64,000 nt of DNA from NCBI GenBank assembly GCA_964431635.1, contig CAYSKK010000010.1, positions 80,740-144,739 of the forward strand. The letters are read 5' to 3'. The notes beneath the pieces are model-generated. The model did not search any database, was not told the origin of the DNA, and saw nothing but the letters and a program-made list of their open reading frames with translations. Origin of the DNA: an uncultured Chthoniobacter sp. GTDB lineage: Bacteria > Verrucomicrobiota > Verrucomicrobiia > Chthoniobacterales > Terrimicrobiaceae. The translations under genes were made by a program, and so were the position numbers. Below are positions 25,764 through 35,332 of the stretch, in pieces. Position 1 is the stretch's first letter. Every line of letters starts with the position of its first letter.

Positions 25764-27778
25764 CCCGGATCTCCGCATTCAACATTCGGGACATTTGGCG
25801 ATCACCGGCGGCCGGAAGGCTGCCGGTGCTTGTGCATTGGGCGGCCTCGCTTCTCTTCGCTGTCTTCTGTGGACGGCTTCTCTTTGCCACGATGATTCTT
25901 CAGGGGCTCCCCGGGCAACCTCTGTTCTGGCTCTTCTGGATCGTGACGGGGTTCTTCGCTGCGCTGGGATGCGTTTTTCCCCGCAATGGGCTTGTTCTTT
26001 ATTTGTGCGGATTCCCGATGATTTGTGCGGCCCATGAACTGAAAGCGGTTCCGATCGGAAATCTTCCTGTCGTTTGCTTTGCGGCTTTCTTTGTCGGATG
26101 GTTGCTCCGGAGTCTTTTAGTGGCTAGCCAGCAACCCCGGGACCTGTTGGGTTTCGGAGTCAACTGCCTCGCTCTGGCCCTGTTGCTGAGTTCCATTTTT
26201 TCGCTTCTGCACCCCTCTTGGAGCAACAGTTTCTCGGTGGCTTTTTCAATCCCTTCCTGGCCGGAAAAGACGGAATTCAGCGCCATGACCATGGGGTTGA
26301 ATGCGACGGCTGGCTGCATGCTCTTCGGGATGCTTCGATCCAAACTGTCAGGTTCCAAACAACTGCTGATAATGATTGTCTCCGTCCAGCTTGCAGGAAT
26401 TTGTTTGTTCGCTTTGCCTGAATTCGCCTGCAATCTGCTCCTACACAGGGACGCGGGGCGCAACCTGATCTCTCTTCCTTTCGGTGCGGTGCACAATATG
26501 GGGGGACCGGCATGTCTTTTTGCGGGATTTTTTGCCGCCCTCGCCGCCGTTCGACTCTCGGTTGCAAAACGCGCTTGGGGTCCGTTGCTGGGATCAGGCC
26601 TCGCCATTCTAGTTATCGCTGGATCGGTTTCGAAGGGTGCCTGGCTGGCAGTCGCCCTCACAATGATCCTGCTTCTTTTTCAGACCACGGGATGGAAAAG
26701 CGCCATTGGCGCGTTGCTTCTTCTGTTGGTGTTGGCGGGAGGGCTCAGGGCGGGCCTGGCCGGAAGGCAAAAGCAGGGAACAGCCGCCGAGCACTTGCAT
26801 GCACTTGTCTCCGCGGATGAGTGGGCAAAAAACGAGACTCTCTCCGAACGCATGAAAATCTGGGGCAAGGCCGTGGCCATCATGGAGGCAAGCCCTCTCA
26901 GTGGAGTCGGATTGGGCAGCTTCTCCTCTATTATGGAACATTACGGGTCCCGTGATTTTCCCGGCTCAAAAATCTGGTCCGAATATGCCCATGCCGAACG
27001 TTCGCTGGCAGTCCCGGACGATCAGGTCACCTACAATGGATTTCACTGCCATAATGACATTCTGGAACTGGCGGCGGGTGCCGGCATGCCGGTTGCTCTC
27101 CTTTTTATCCTGCTCGTGGGCACTCTGGTCGCGCTCGGCCTGCGTGTCGTTCCCGCGTCAGATCCAAATCCCGCATTGGCCGGCGCGTTTGCCATCGTGT
27201 GTTTCCTGCTGGTCTCTCTGATCGATTCCCGCCTTCTCTCGTTTCCTGACAATCTTCTCTTCTGGCAGTTTGCTGCTTTCATTCCGATGAGTGTGTTTCC
27301 GGTTTCCCCTGGAGAAACCTCCAGTCGCGCGAAAAAATGGTCATTCCTTCCCGCCCTGGCTCCCCTCTCGGTTATCGTCGGAGGATCCGCCCTGCTTCTT
27401 TCCGGATCGCTGCCATCCAATCGCACTTTCGGGGTCTGGAATTGGGGACTCCCCTCGGGAGACGGTGGATTTCTTCTCGCCCGCGAAGCACAATTCGTTG
27501 TGCCGCCGGACGAGGATTTGAAAGCGCTTGTTTTCAGCGTTCCGGGAGGAAACGGCCCGAAGGAAATCGCCCTGCACGTCAGGATTGACGGACGGGAAGC
27601 AGCTTCAGCCCGGATAGGATCTGGCCGGGAACTTTGCGTGGACATGGAATCCTTCCGGCATTCCGGCCAGTGGGTGCTCGTGAAAACCGAGGCCGACCGC
27701 TGGGCGGGACGCGGTGCATTCGGAACGCCATTCGGCGTGAAACCCTATGCGATCGCGATGCACAAGATCCGAGAGTAG
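25760..27778 (+). CDS. O-antigen ligase / Wzy_C-domain polytopic membrane protein with soluble C-terminal tail
   Basis: More than 10 hydrophobic segments. Wzy_C-type loop YNGFHCHNDILELAAGAGMPVALLF. About 120 non-hydrophobic C-terminal residues. ATGA overlap with the PGT stop. Confidence 0.7.
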   Translation: MTRISAFNIRDIWRSPAAGRLPVLVHWAASLLFAVFCGRLLFATMILQGLPGQPLFWLFWIVTGFFAALGCVFPRNGLVLYLCGFPMICAAHELKAVPIGNLPVVCFAAFFVGWLLRSLLVASQQPRDLLGFGVNCLALALLLSSIFSLLHPSWSNSFSVAFSIPSWPEKTEFSAMTMGLNATAGCMLFGMLRSKLSGSKQLLIMIVSVQLAGICLFALPEFACNLLLHRDAGRNLISLPFGAVHNMGGPACLFAGFFAALAAVRLSVAKRAWGPLLGSGLAILVIAGSVSKGAWLAVALTMILLLFQTTGWKSAIGALLLLLVLAGGLRAGLAGRQKQGTAAEHLHALVSADEWAKNETLSERMKIWGKAVAIMEASPLSGVGLGSFSSIMEHYGSRDFPGSKIWSEYAHAERSLAVPDDQVTYNGFHCHNDILELAAGAGMPVALLFILLVGTLVALGLRVVPASDPNPALAGAFAIVCFLLVSLIDSRLLSFPDNLLFWQFAAFIPMSVFPVSPGETSSRAKKWSFLPALAPLSVIVGGSALLLSGSLPSNRTFGVWNWGLPSGDGGFLLAREAQFVVPPDEDLKALVFSVPGGNGPKEIALHVRIDGREAASARIGSGRELCVDMESFRHSGQWVLVKTEADRWAGRGAFGTPFGVKPYAIAMHKIRE

Positions 27779-27788
27779 GCAGCAGGCT

Positions 27789-29033
27789 ATGAAAATCACC
27801 CTCAGCAGTCCGGATGGTCTGGGCGACTTCATTTTGCGTGTCCCAATGATCCGGGCGCTGCTCGACGCCGGGCATGAGATGCAGCTCTTTCTGCGGAATC
27901 CCGCGGCGGACCTTGCCGCGAGTGTGTTTCCGGAAATCAAGATCCATTTGATCGCGGCCGACCCGTTCCTGCCTTCGACACGGAGACAAAAAAACCCGTT
28001 CCAAGGGGAAATGCAGGCCATCAGGAAGTTTGGGCCGGATCTGTATATCGCGGCTCTCTTTTCGATCAACTTCTTCGATCAGATCTGGCTCGAACAACGC
28101 ATGAGTGAAGTGAAGTGCGCCGGATTCCACACCGGCGAGCCATTTTGGCCGTCCACCACAACAGCCAATCCGGTGAAACTCAGCAGCAAGTGGGACCTCC
28201 GGTTGGAGGTGCCCGTAGCAATGCCAGAACTCGAAAAAAACCGCCTGATGGCATCGGCCATTATCGGACGGGACCTCCCTCACTCTGTGCCTGATCTGAT
28301 GCTTCGGCCGGACAGCCGGGAATCCGCCGGGGCTCTGCTTGCACGCCACGGGCTGGAACCCGGCGAGTATTGGGCTGTCTGTGTTGGAACACGTCCGGGA
28401 TTGATGAAAAAAGATTGGGGAGAGGACAATTGGACTCAATTTTTCTCAACAATCCTGCCGGACGAACCATTGGTCTTTTTCGGTAACACAAAGGAATATT
28501 CCTCCATCGAGCGCATCCGGGCCGGCCTTCCCTCCTCCGCACGAACCATCAATTTGGCAGACTCCCCCCCACCGCTGAATGTCACCCTGGCTCTGGTCGC
28601 CCAGTCGAAGGGTTATCTCGGCAGAGATTCGGGAGTGATGCACCTCGCTTCGGCAGCACGCCGGAGCATTCTTGCAATCTACGGAGGCAGCCATTGGGGG
28701 CGTTTTCTGCCATCGCGCGGACCCGCAGTCGTCACAACGCGCGCTGTCCCCTGCAGGGGATGTGACTTCTCCTGCCCCTATGAAAAGCCGTGGTGCATTT
28801 CCGATGTGGCCATGGAAACCATGTGTGATGCATGGAAACGCCTCCCTTCAGCGGATGGTGTCGAAGTCATCGAACAGGGAAGTGGCAGAACGCGGCAGTT
28901 TCTGGAACCGGAGGATATTCAAAATGCTGCTTTGGCCGTACAATCCCGCCGTCAACACGAAGAGGAAGGAGACCGCTCGAAGGGTTGGCGAACCCGACTG
29001 GCTGAAACGTTTTTGGGAAATCTGAAAAAATGA
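27789..29033 (+). CDS. Family 9 glycosyltransferase (heptosyltransferase-like)
   Basis: Start ATG 27789. MKITLSSPDGLGDFILRVPMIRAL, GRDSGVMHLASAARRSILAIYGGSHWGRFLP, CRGCDFSCPYEKPWC. Confidence 0.82.
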   Translation: MKITLSSPDGLGDFILRVPMIRALLDAGHEMQLFLRNPAADLAASVFPEIKIHLIAADPFLPSTRRQKNPFQGEMQAIRKFGPDLYIAALFSINFFDQIWLEQRMSEVKCAGFHTGEPFWPSTTTANPVKLSSKWDLRLEVPVAMPELEKNRLMASAIIGRDLPHSVPDLMLRPDSRESAGALLARHGLEPGEYWAVCVGTRPGLMKKDWGEDNWTQFFSTILPDEPLVFFGNTKEYSSIERIRAGLPSSARTINLADSPPPLNVTLALVAQSKGYLGRDSGVMHLASAARRSILAIYGGSHWGRFLPSRGPAVVTTRAVPCRGCDFSCPYEKPWCISDVAMETMCDAWKRLPSADGVEVIEQGSGRTRQFLEPEDIQNAALAVQSRRQHEEEGDRSKGWRTRLAETFLGNLKK

Positions 29034-30208
29034 AGTTCAAACAAACCAAAATCGACTGGGCACGGATGGGGGTGGCAGCCCGGCTGTTTTTTTCGAGTCT
29101 GAAAATCGACATCACAAACGATTTTCTCAGGCCGCTTCTGGAGACGATCCCGGCTTTCCGTTCATGGAAACGTCGCTCGCAAGGCGTTTCCAACGAGATC
29201 AGAGCTTCGGCCAGACCAGAATCTCCACTCATTTTTGTTTCCTATTGCGCCGGATCAAAACTGAAGGGGAGCCACAAATTCTGCGGCGGAGAGAAGCTCT
29301 TGAACAATCTGGTTTTACTGCTCAGGAGGCACGGCTATGCAGCATTCATGGTCAGCCTGGATGGGGAACACTCTCACTGGCTTCTCGAACACGCTCCATA
29401 TATCTCCCTGGAAAAATTCATTCAGGAAAAAAACAATGCCGCCGATGTCCGCTGTGTCACCTCGTGGATTCAGGCGGACGCTTATCTCGAACACTGCCCT
29501 AAATTCTATTTTTGGGATCAGGAACTTGGAGCCTCGGCCAGAAGCCATTTCCCAAAGCTGGCCGACCAGATGGCGGCAAACCGGATTGTGCGCACGGCCG
29601 GCGTAAACCGGGTCGTTCAAACCTGGCATACCGCTGTTTTTGCACGTGAGACCTCCCTGCTCCGGCAGTTGGTGGATGAGCACCACTGGCGGCCTGACCC
29701 GGCCCGCAGACTCCGGCACCGGGTCGGCTACTTCGATGAAGGATCGCACACCGGGGGCTACATTCAAGTGATCCAGAATATGTGCCTTTCCGCCGGCTTG
29801 AAACTCGAATTCTTCCAGTTGTGCGGGGTGGAGAAGGAAATCATCTCCCAGATGCAAACCTGCGCCGTATTCCTGACTCTCAACATCGGAAAAAGCGTTT
29901 GGGGTGAGGGAGGACCCATGACTCCTCAGGAAGCCATGGCCTGTGGCACGGTTCCCATTTGCTTCGACCTGAAGGGAGCATGGGAATTGATCCAGCAGGG
30001 CTACAATGGGATCATCACCGATGAAATCCGTCCGGAATTGATGGGCAGGGCGCTGATCGAAATTTATGAAAGCCCCGGGCGTCTGGAGTTGATGAGTCGG
30101 CGGTGCGTTGAAATCACCGCCTCCTCGCATACGATGGAAGCACGCTGGCCGACGGTCAGGAGGTTTCTCGACCTTCCGGAAGAGGAAGAAAGTCTCCAAA
30201 AGGCATGA
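29030..30208 (+). CDS. GT-B fold glycosyltransferase
   Basis: ATGA overlap start. C-terminal EGGPMTPQEAMACGTVPICFDLKGAWELIQQGYNGII (E-x7-E type). Confidence 0.65.
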   Translation: MKFKQTKIDWARMGVAARLFFSSLKIDITNDFLRPLLETIPAFRSWKRRSQGVSNEIRASARPESPLIFVSYCAGSKLKGSHKFCGGEKLLNNLVLLLRRHGYAAFMVSLDGEHSHWLLEHAPYISLEKFIQEKNNAADVRCVTSWIQADAYLEHCPKFYFWDQELGASARSHFPKLADQMAANRIVRTAGVNRVVQTWHTAVFARETSLLRQLVDEHHWRPDPARRLRHRVGYFDEGSHTGGYIQVIQNMCLSAGLKLEFFQLCGVEKEIISQMQTCAVFLTLNIGKSVWGEGGPMTPQEAMACGTVPICFDLKGAWELIQQGYNGIITDEIRPELMGRALIEIYESPGRLELMSRRCVEITASSHTMEARWPTVRRFLDLPEEEESLQKA

Positions 30209-31404
30209 GCTCAACCCGCCGGCTCTTATTGGTTGATCAATGTCTTCGGGACACAACCGGCCACCACTTGTTTTATAACCGGGCGCTTGCGGTGGCTGCC
30301 AAGGAACTCGGTCTTCAGGCTTCTGTTTGGGCGGGAACGGATTTCCCGACGGAGTTAATGTCTTCCGTCGAGACCAGGGCGGTGTTCAGGCGCGATTGGC
30401 GGGCAGCGCCGCCAGCTTGGGCAATTGGAATTCCTCGGATTCTGGATCTGTTGGAGGGAATCTCCCGATGGAGCTTCGAGAGAGACCTTCACCGAGCATT
30501 CCGGAATATTCAGATTTCTTCCCGGGATGTGATTTTCGGCCAGATGATCACCCCCCGCCATTTGACTGCCTGGCTGAACTGGATGCGTTCCATCCCAAGC
30601 CCGTGCGCGCCGATACTCGCGGTTCATCTGGCCTATGATCCATCCCGGTTTCTTCACCATCAACAGCTCGCTCGCTCGCTCAGAAAATTCCAGGGTGATC
30701 CCCGCAAAGCAAATCTTCTCCCGATCACGGACAGTTCGCGACTCGCGGCGGCTTATTCGACGATTCTCGATTGCGAAATTCCAATCCTTCCTCACGTCAT
30801 CGGAAATGCCATCTCAGAGCTGAATCCTCCTCCACCCGGAGAAAAGCCGGTTTTCGGGGTTTTGGGGAGCCCGCGCGCGGACAAGGGATTCGCCGAAGTG
30901 GTTCAGGTGATCCTCAGCCTGTCGCTGAACCCGGCTCCTCCGCAGTTTCTTGTTCAGGTTCATGATCCGGATGACACCTCGGCACTCTGGGTTGCCCGGC
31001 TCCGGGAGGCAAAGCTTCCGAATGTTGAATTAGTCGACCGGTGTTTGGATAGCGACTCGGAATACGCGCAACTTTTCAGTCGTGTCGCAGTTTTTCTGCT
31101 ACCCTACCACCTCAGGGTCTACGGCTTCCGAACCAGTGGCATTTTTTGCGAAGCACTTGCTTCCGGACGTCCGGTTATTGTCAGCGGCGGATCTTGGATG
31201 GATGAGAAGGCCGGCGAGAAAGCCGCGTGCCTTCGCGTGTCGGAACGGGATCCCTTGTCACTCTCCTCAGCAATAAGCTCTATGGCATCCCGCTACAGGG
31301 AAATGTCAGCAAGGGCACATCAGATGGCACCGGTTTATCGGGAGGAGTTCAGCGCCAGAGAATTCGTCTCAAGGCTTTTATCCCTTGTCCATCAGCATGC
31401 CTGA
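30205..31404 (+). CDS. Probable GT-B fold glycosyltransferase
   Basis: ATGA overlap start. FLLPYHLRVYGFRTSGIFCEALASGRPVIVSGGSWMDE resembles a GT-B donor-binding region. Confidence 0.5.
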   Translation: MSSTRRLLLVDQCLRDTTGHHLFYNRALAVAAKELGLQASVWAGTDFPTELMSSVETRAVFRRDWRAAPPAWAIGIPRILDLLEGISRWSFERDLHRAFRNIQISSRDVIFGQMITPRHLTAWLNWMRSIPSPCAPILAVHLAYDPSRFLHHQQLARSLRKFQGDPRKANLLPITDSSRLAAAYSTILDCEIPILPHVIGNAISELNPPPPGEKPVFGVLGSPRADKGFAEVVQVILSLSLNPAPPQFLVQVHDPDDTSALWVARLREAKLPNVELVDRCLDSDSEYAQLFSRVAVFLLPYHLRVYGFRTSGIFCEALASGRPVIVSGGSWMDEKAGEKAACLRVSERDPLSLSSAISSMASRYREMSARAHQMAPVYREEFSAREFVSRLLSLVHQHA

Positions 31405-32611
31405 CTCCTGCAAAGTCGGGCTCCTTTACCCATGGCCGGGCCTCCCATCGGTGGATCGAGGTGCCGCGCGACGGGTGGCTCCCCTGGTTTCCCTGCTGGC
31501 GGAGCACTTCGAATCCGTCGATATCCTTAGCCCAGGCCATGGGAGCGTTGTCGCTGAGCGCAACATTCGCCACAGGTTTATCGCTCCCGGCCGGCTGGAA
31601 AAGTGGTGCGGAGAATCCGCCTTCCGAATTTACGACAGTTTCACCCACCAGCTCTGGAGGGGCCGGACTTCCGCACGGGAGCGCCGTCAATGGTGGCACC
31701 ACCTGCAACCGCTGATCCAGCCGGGATTAAGGAGAGCGATCCGGGACCTCGCAGCCAACGTGGATGTGCTCCTTTTGGAATACCCGTTCTGGGCCTCGCT
31801 TCTTCCGCAGGGAACCGGCGCAAAACCCGTGCTGCTGACGCTGCACGACATCCTTTCCAACTCAATCACCGAGCCAAGCCTGAAGCGCATCGTCCGCAAC
31901 TGCGAGTTAGGCGCATGCCGACGTGCGAATGCCATCAGCTGCTGCACTGAGGAAGACAGTCGGGAAATCCGCGCCGGAGGGTTTCAACCGGTCCTCATCC
32001 CTCACGGAATCGATATCACTCCCAGGCCAGCGCCGGATCAGCCAGACGACTTGGATCTGGAAGTGGTGGCCGGGCACCGTCAAAGAGGCGGTCTGGTCTG
32101 CTTCTTCGTGGGCAGCAGCCATGAACCGAACCGCGAGGCGGTTGCCGAAATTGTAAAAATGGCGGATTCCCTCCGGCACGAGTCCCGGCTGCTTTTTGTT
32201 GCAGCAGGTTCGTGCTGCGGCCGGATGTCTCCCCGCCCAAACCTTCTTTTCCTCGGACCGGTTGCCGAAGCGACTCTGGACTGGCTCTATTCCGCCTGTG
32301 ACATCGTGCTGGCACCGCTGCGGAGCGGAACCGGCTCATCCCTGAAAACTCTTGAGGCTCTCGCAAAGAGAAAAGTTCTCGTCAGCACAAGCGTAGGTGC
32401 CCGGGGCTATCAACTGGTCTCCGGCAGACACGCGCTCCTTTGTGATGCCTTGGACGAGTATCCAGGCATTCTCACAGGACTCATCGGCGACATTTGCCTG
32501 CGCGAACGTCTTGCGCAGAGCGGATGGGACTTCGTTCAGGCATTTGACAATCGGAAGGTTTATCTGCCGTATGTCGAAATGATCCGCGATCTCGCCTCTT
32601 CCCGGCCATGA
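31397..32611 (+). CDS. GT-B fold glycosyltransferase (GT4-like)
   Basis: ATG 31397 (8-nt overlap with the upstream gene). FFVGSSHEPNREAV and LAPLRSGTGSSLKTLEALAKRKVLVSTSVGARGY. Confidence 0.72.
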   Translation: MPDSCKVGLLYPWPGLPSVDRGAARRVAPLVSLLAEHFESVDILSPGHGSVVAERNIRHRFIAPGRLEKWCGESAFRIYDSFTHQLWRGRTSARERRQWWHHLQPLIQPGLRRAIRDLAANVDVLLLEYPFWASLLPQGTGAKPVLLTLHDILSNSITEPSLKRIVRNCELGACRRANAISCCTEEDSREIRAGGFQPVLIPHGIDITPRPAPDQPDDLDLEVVAGHRQRGGLVCFFVGSSHEPNREAVAEIVKMADSLRHESRLLFVAAGSCCGRMSPRPNLLFLGPVAEATLDWLYSACDIVLAPLRSGTGSSLKTLEALAKRKVLVSTSVGARGYQLVSGRHALLCDALDEYPGILTGLIGDICLRERLAQSGWDFVQAFDNRKVYLPYVEMIRDLASSRP

Positions 32612-33558
32612 CGATCAGTGTCATTGTTCCCGCATATAATGCGGCCGAATGGCTTCCATCGGCCATTGCCAGCATCCAAGCGCAGACCCGCCCCGCCGAT
32701 GAGATTCTTGTGGTGGACGATGGAAGCACGGATCACACTCCTTCGGTCTGCCGCAGCTTCCAGCCTGACGTGCGGTATTTGCGGCGCGAGAATGGCGGCC
32801 TGTCGGCAGCTCGAAATACAGGAGCCGCCGCGACGTCCGGCGAATGGATGCTCTTCCTTGATGCTGACGATGCTCTCATGCCGACGGCTTTGGAATCCCT
32901 GTCCTCTTACGCTTCACCCGGAAATGCCGGGGTCGTTCATGGGTTTGTTTTGCAAAGGCGGGGGAAACCGACGGAAACCCGCCTTCATGGGTTGCCGTAT
33001 GCCGTGGGCAATCCTCCCGAGCCTGCCAAGGCCCACTTCTGGTGGACTCCGATTCCGACGGCCGGAGCGGCACTGATCCGCCGAAGCCTGAACGAGCAGG
33101 TGGGAGGATTCGACGAACGTTTCCGCCAGGTTGAGGACGCGGAGTATTGGCTGCGCTGCGGTGTCACTGCGCCTTTTGCACACTGCAACCAGCTTGTCCT
33201 TGATAAATCCTACTCTTTCTCGTCGCTCGGGCAGAATGAAACCGGCAGCATCTGGTTCCGGCTCCAGCTCCAGTTGAAATTTCTCGAATGGTGCCGGCGG
33301 CGGAACATTGACACCGGATTTCTTGAGGTCACTCCCGCGACAATGATCGACCACGCGCTGACCCGCATCCAGCGCACCGGATCGTGGGCGATTTTGGAAC
33401 CGGTCCTCCGACACGCCGACCGGATGGGCGTGCGCACACCGTGGTATTGGCGCTCCCGGGCCCATCTGCTTTTTCTCAAGCTTTCAGGAAAGCTGCCGCC
33501 GCCGAATCCGAAATGCCGCGAGGTGTTTTTGGAGTGGATGAAATCCGGAGACGCATGA
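32608..33558 (+). CDS. Family 2 glycosyltransferase
   Basis: MTISVIVPAYNAAEWLPSAIASIQAQTRPADEILVVDDGSTD and LDADD. Confidence 0.85.
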   Translation: MTISVIVPAYNAAEWLPSAIASIQAQTRPADEILVVDDGSTDHTPSVCRSFQPDVRYLRRENGGLSAARNTGAAATSGEWMLFLDADDALMPTALESLSSYASPGNAGVVHGFVLQRRGKPTETRLHGLPYAVGNPPEPAKAHFWWTPIPTAGAALIRRSLNEQVGGFDERFRQVEDAEYWLRCGVTAPFAHCNQLVLDKSYSFSSLGQNETGSIWFRLQLQLKFLEWCRRRNIDTGFLEVTPATMIDHALTRIQRTGSWAILEPVLRHADRMGVRTPWYWRSRAHLLFLKLSGKLPPPNPKCREVFLEWMKSGDA

Positions 33559-34457
33559 AAACCGGCATTCTTGTTCCCGTCTGGGTCAACTACCGCTGGG
33601 CAGCCCCCCTGACGAAATCGCTCCTCGACCGCCACTGGGCGGAGCATCCGGACATCTGGTTCTGCGGGCTGGAAGCGGCTCCGGAAGCCGGCTGGAACGT
33701 GATTCCGATGAGCAACCCGGGCGAGTGCACGAACTGGACAAGGGTTCTTCTGGACGGGGTCGAGGGGATGATCGCGCGGGGATTCGACACCCTCTACATC
33801 ATCCCGGAGGAACACGTGCCGCTCGCGAAATGCCGGGCCGAAGATCTCAACGTCACGCTGCCGGATCTGATGCTCCGCCTGGATGCCCTCTACATCAGCC
33901 TCATGGGCTGGGACAACCGGCGCTTCGTCTCCAAAAGTCCGCTTCTCCCCCGGAGCGATCACCATCTCAAGCATCTCACCGGGCCGCGTGATCCCAGATT
34001 CCACCTGCATCCGGCGCTCTGGAACGCGGAGGCCGCCCGCACCTGCTGCAACATCGCCCTGGCGAACAAATCCGCCGGCGGCTCGGCATGGCATTTTGAA
34101 AAATGCACCGCAGATCCGGATGCCCCGATCCCGGCCGGCTGGAGAAACCGCTGCTACCAGATCCGGGCATCGGCTCTCTCCGGCAATCCGCGCAGCCGTC
34201 TCGGGGCGGCGATGTCATGGTGCGACAGGGCATTTTTCCACAAGCTGATGGCGGTCGTTCCTCACCTGCCAAAACCCTGGGCATCGCTCTGCCTGCGGCT
34301 CATTCCCTTCGAGGACGTTTTCTGCGACGGTCCCTACCCGATGTTTTACTCCGGAATCATGACCAAGGGCGGGCCGAACAGGTTTTTTGTCAGATTCCTC
34401 CGGAAGAAGGATCCTGCCCTGCTGAATCAAATATTGGCCGCGCTGCCGGACAAATGA
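33555..34457 (+). CDS. Hypothetical protein (no recognisable family)
   Basis: ATG 33555 in an ATGA overlap. 300 aa, Trp/Cys/His-rich, non-repetitive. Translationally coupled on both sides to glycosyltransferase genes. Confidence 0.5.
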   Translation: MKTGILVPVWVNYRWAAPLTKSLLDRHWAEHPDIWFCGLEAAPEAGWNVIPMSNPGECTNWTRVLLDGVEGMIARGFDTLYIIPEEHVPLAKCRAEDLNVTLPDLMLRLDALYISLMGWDNRRFVSKSPLLPRSDHHLKHLTGPRDPRFHLHPALWNAEAARTCCNIALANKSAGGSAWHFEKCTADPDAPIPAGWRNRCYQIRASALSGNPRSRLGAAMSWCDRAFFHKLMAVVPHLPKPWASLCLRLIPFEDVFCDGPYPMFYSGIMTKGGPNRFFVRFLRKKDPALLNQILAALPDK

Positions 34458-35329
34458 AAATCATTCCGCCAGCACTCCGCCGGGCCGCCATCAATTTCAG
34501 CCGGAAATTCTTTGCGGCACCGGCAATCAAGACCCGGCGGGACCTCCCCGCTCACGGCCTTCCCGTCTCCCTTCACATGGTTCTTTCCAAGGACGGCCTG
34601 CTGATGGGGCAGTTGACTTTGAGAAGCCTGGAGTTTCACAGCGGGGTTTCCTGGGCTCCATTCCTGCATGACGATGGCACGCTCACCGATGACGATGTCG
34701 CCGAGATTCGGAGGAATTTCCCCGATGCGACTGTCATCCGGCGGAGGGAGGCCGATGAGGCCCTCTCCTCCGGCCTGAGCAGCCACCCTGTCTGCAGGGA
34801 CCACCGTGAAAAGCACCCGTGGTTCCTGAAGGTTTTTGACACCCGCCACTTCGCACCCCACGACCGCTACATCGTCATCGACAGCGACATCGTCTTTTTC
34901 CGCAGACCGGATTTCGTCCTCGATTGGATGGAAAAGCGCCCGGAGACGTTCTGGTTCATGGAGGATACCAAGGAAAAATATTCCTCCGACCGGGCCGGCA
35001 TCGAGAAGGCGATGGGGTTCCCGCTCTGGGAGCGGGTGAACAGCGGCCTCGATCTCATGGTGCGACCGGCCGTCAACCTCGACCTCGCGGAAAAATTTCT
35101 TGAGCGGTGCTCGCCGATGGCCCGCGAATTTCATTTCCTGGAGCAAACGTTTTTTGCCGTGGCCGGATCGGCCTGGGGCAAGGGCGGGAAGCTGCCCGGA
35201 GAATACGAGATCAGTTGGACAAATTTCCGCCGTCCCGGCAGCGTCTGCCGCCACTACGTCGGCCCGTTTAAAAATGACGCCTTGTTCGTCGAGGGGGCGC
35301 GCGTATTTTGGTGGCAGTCAGGAAAATAG
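34454..35329 (+). CDS. Putative DxD-motif nucleotide-sugar transferase (GT8/Gnt-like)
   Basis: ATG 34454 in an ATGA overlap. YIVIDSDIVFFRRPDF is a DxD motif in a GT-A-like context. 291 aa. Confidence 0.4.
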   Translation: MKIIPPALRRAAINFSRKFFAAPAIKTRRDLPAHGLPVSLHMVLSKDGLLMGQLTLRSLEFHSGVSWAPFLHDDGTLTDDDVAEIRRNFPDATVIRRREADEALSSGLSSHPVCRDHREKHPWFLKVFDTRHFAPHDRYIVIDSDIVFFRRPDFVLDWMEKRPETFWFMEDTKEKYSSDRAGIEKAMGFPLWERVNSGLDLMVRPAVNLDLAEKFLERCSPMAREFHFLEQTFFAVAGSAWGKGGKLPGEYEISWTNFRRPGSVCRHYVGPFKNDALFVEGARVFWWQSGK

Positions 35330-35332
35330 CAT

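Noticed and set aside
25760-27778. Calling this gene specifically wzy (polymerase) or waaL (ligase)
   Set aside because: Motifs do not discriminate between the two. Only the family-level call is retained, and ligase is favoured solely by pathway logic.
33384-34453. Extended starts of ORFs 33384-34457 and 34103-35329
   Set aside because: The extensions overlap upstream genes out of frame and are Arg/Pro-rich. The ATGA-coupled starts at 33555 and 34454 are preferred.
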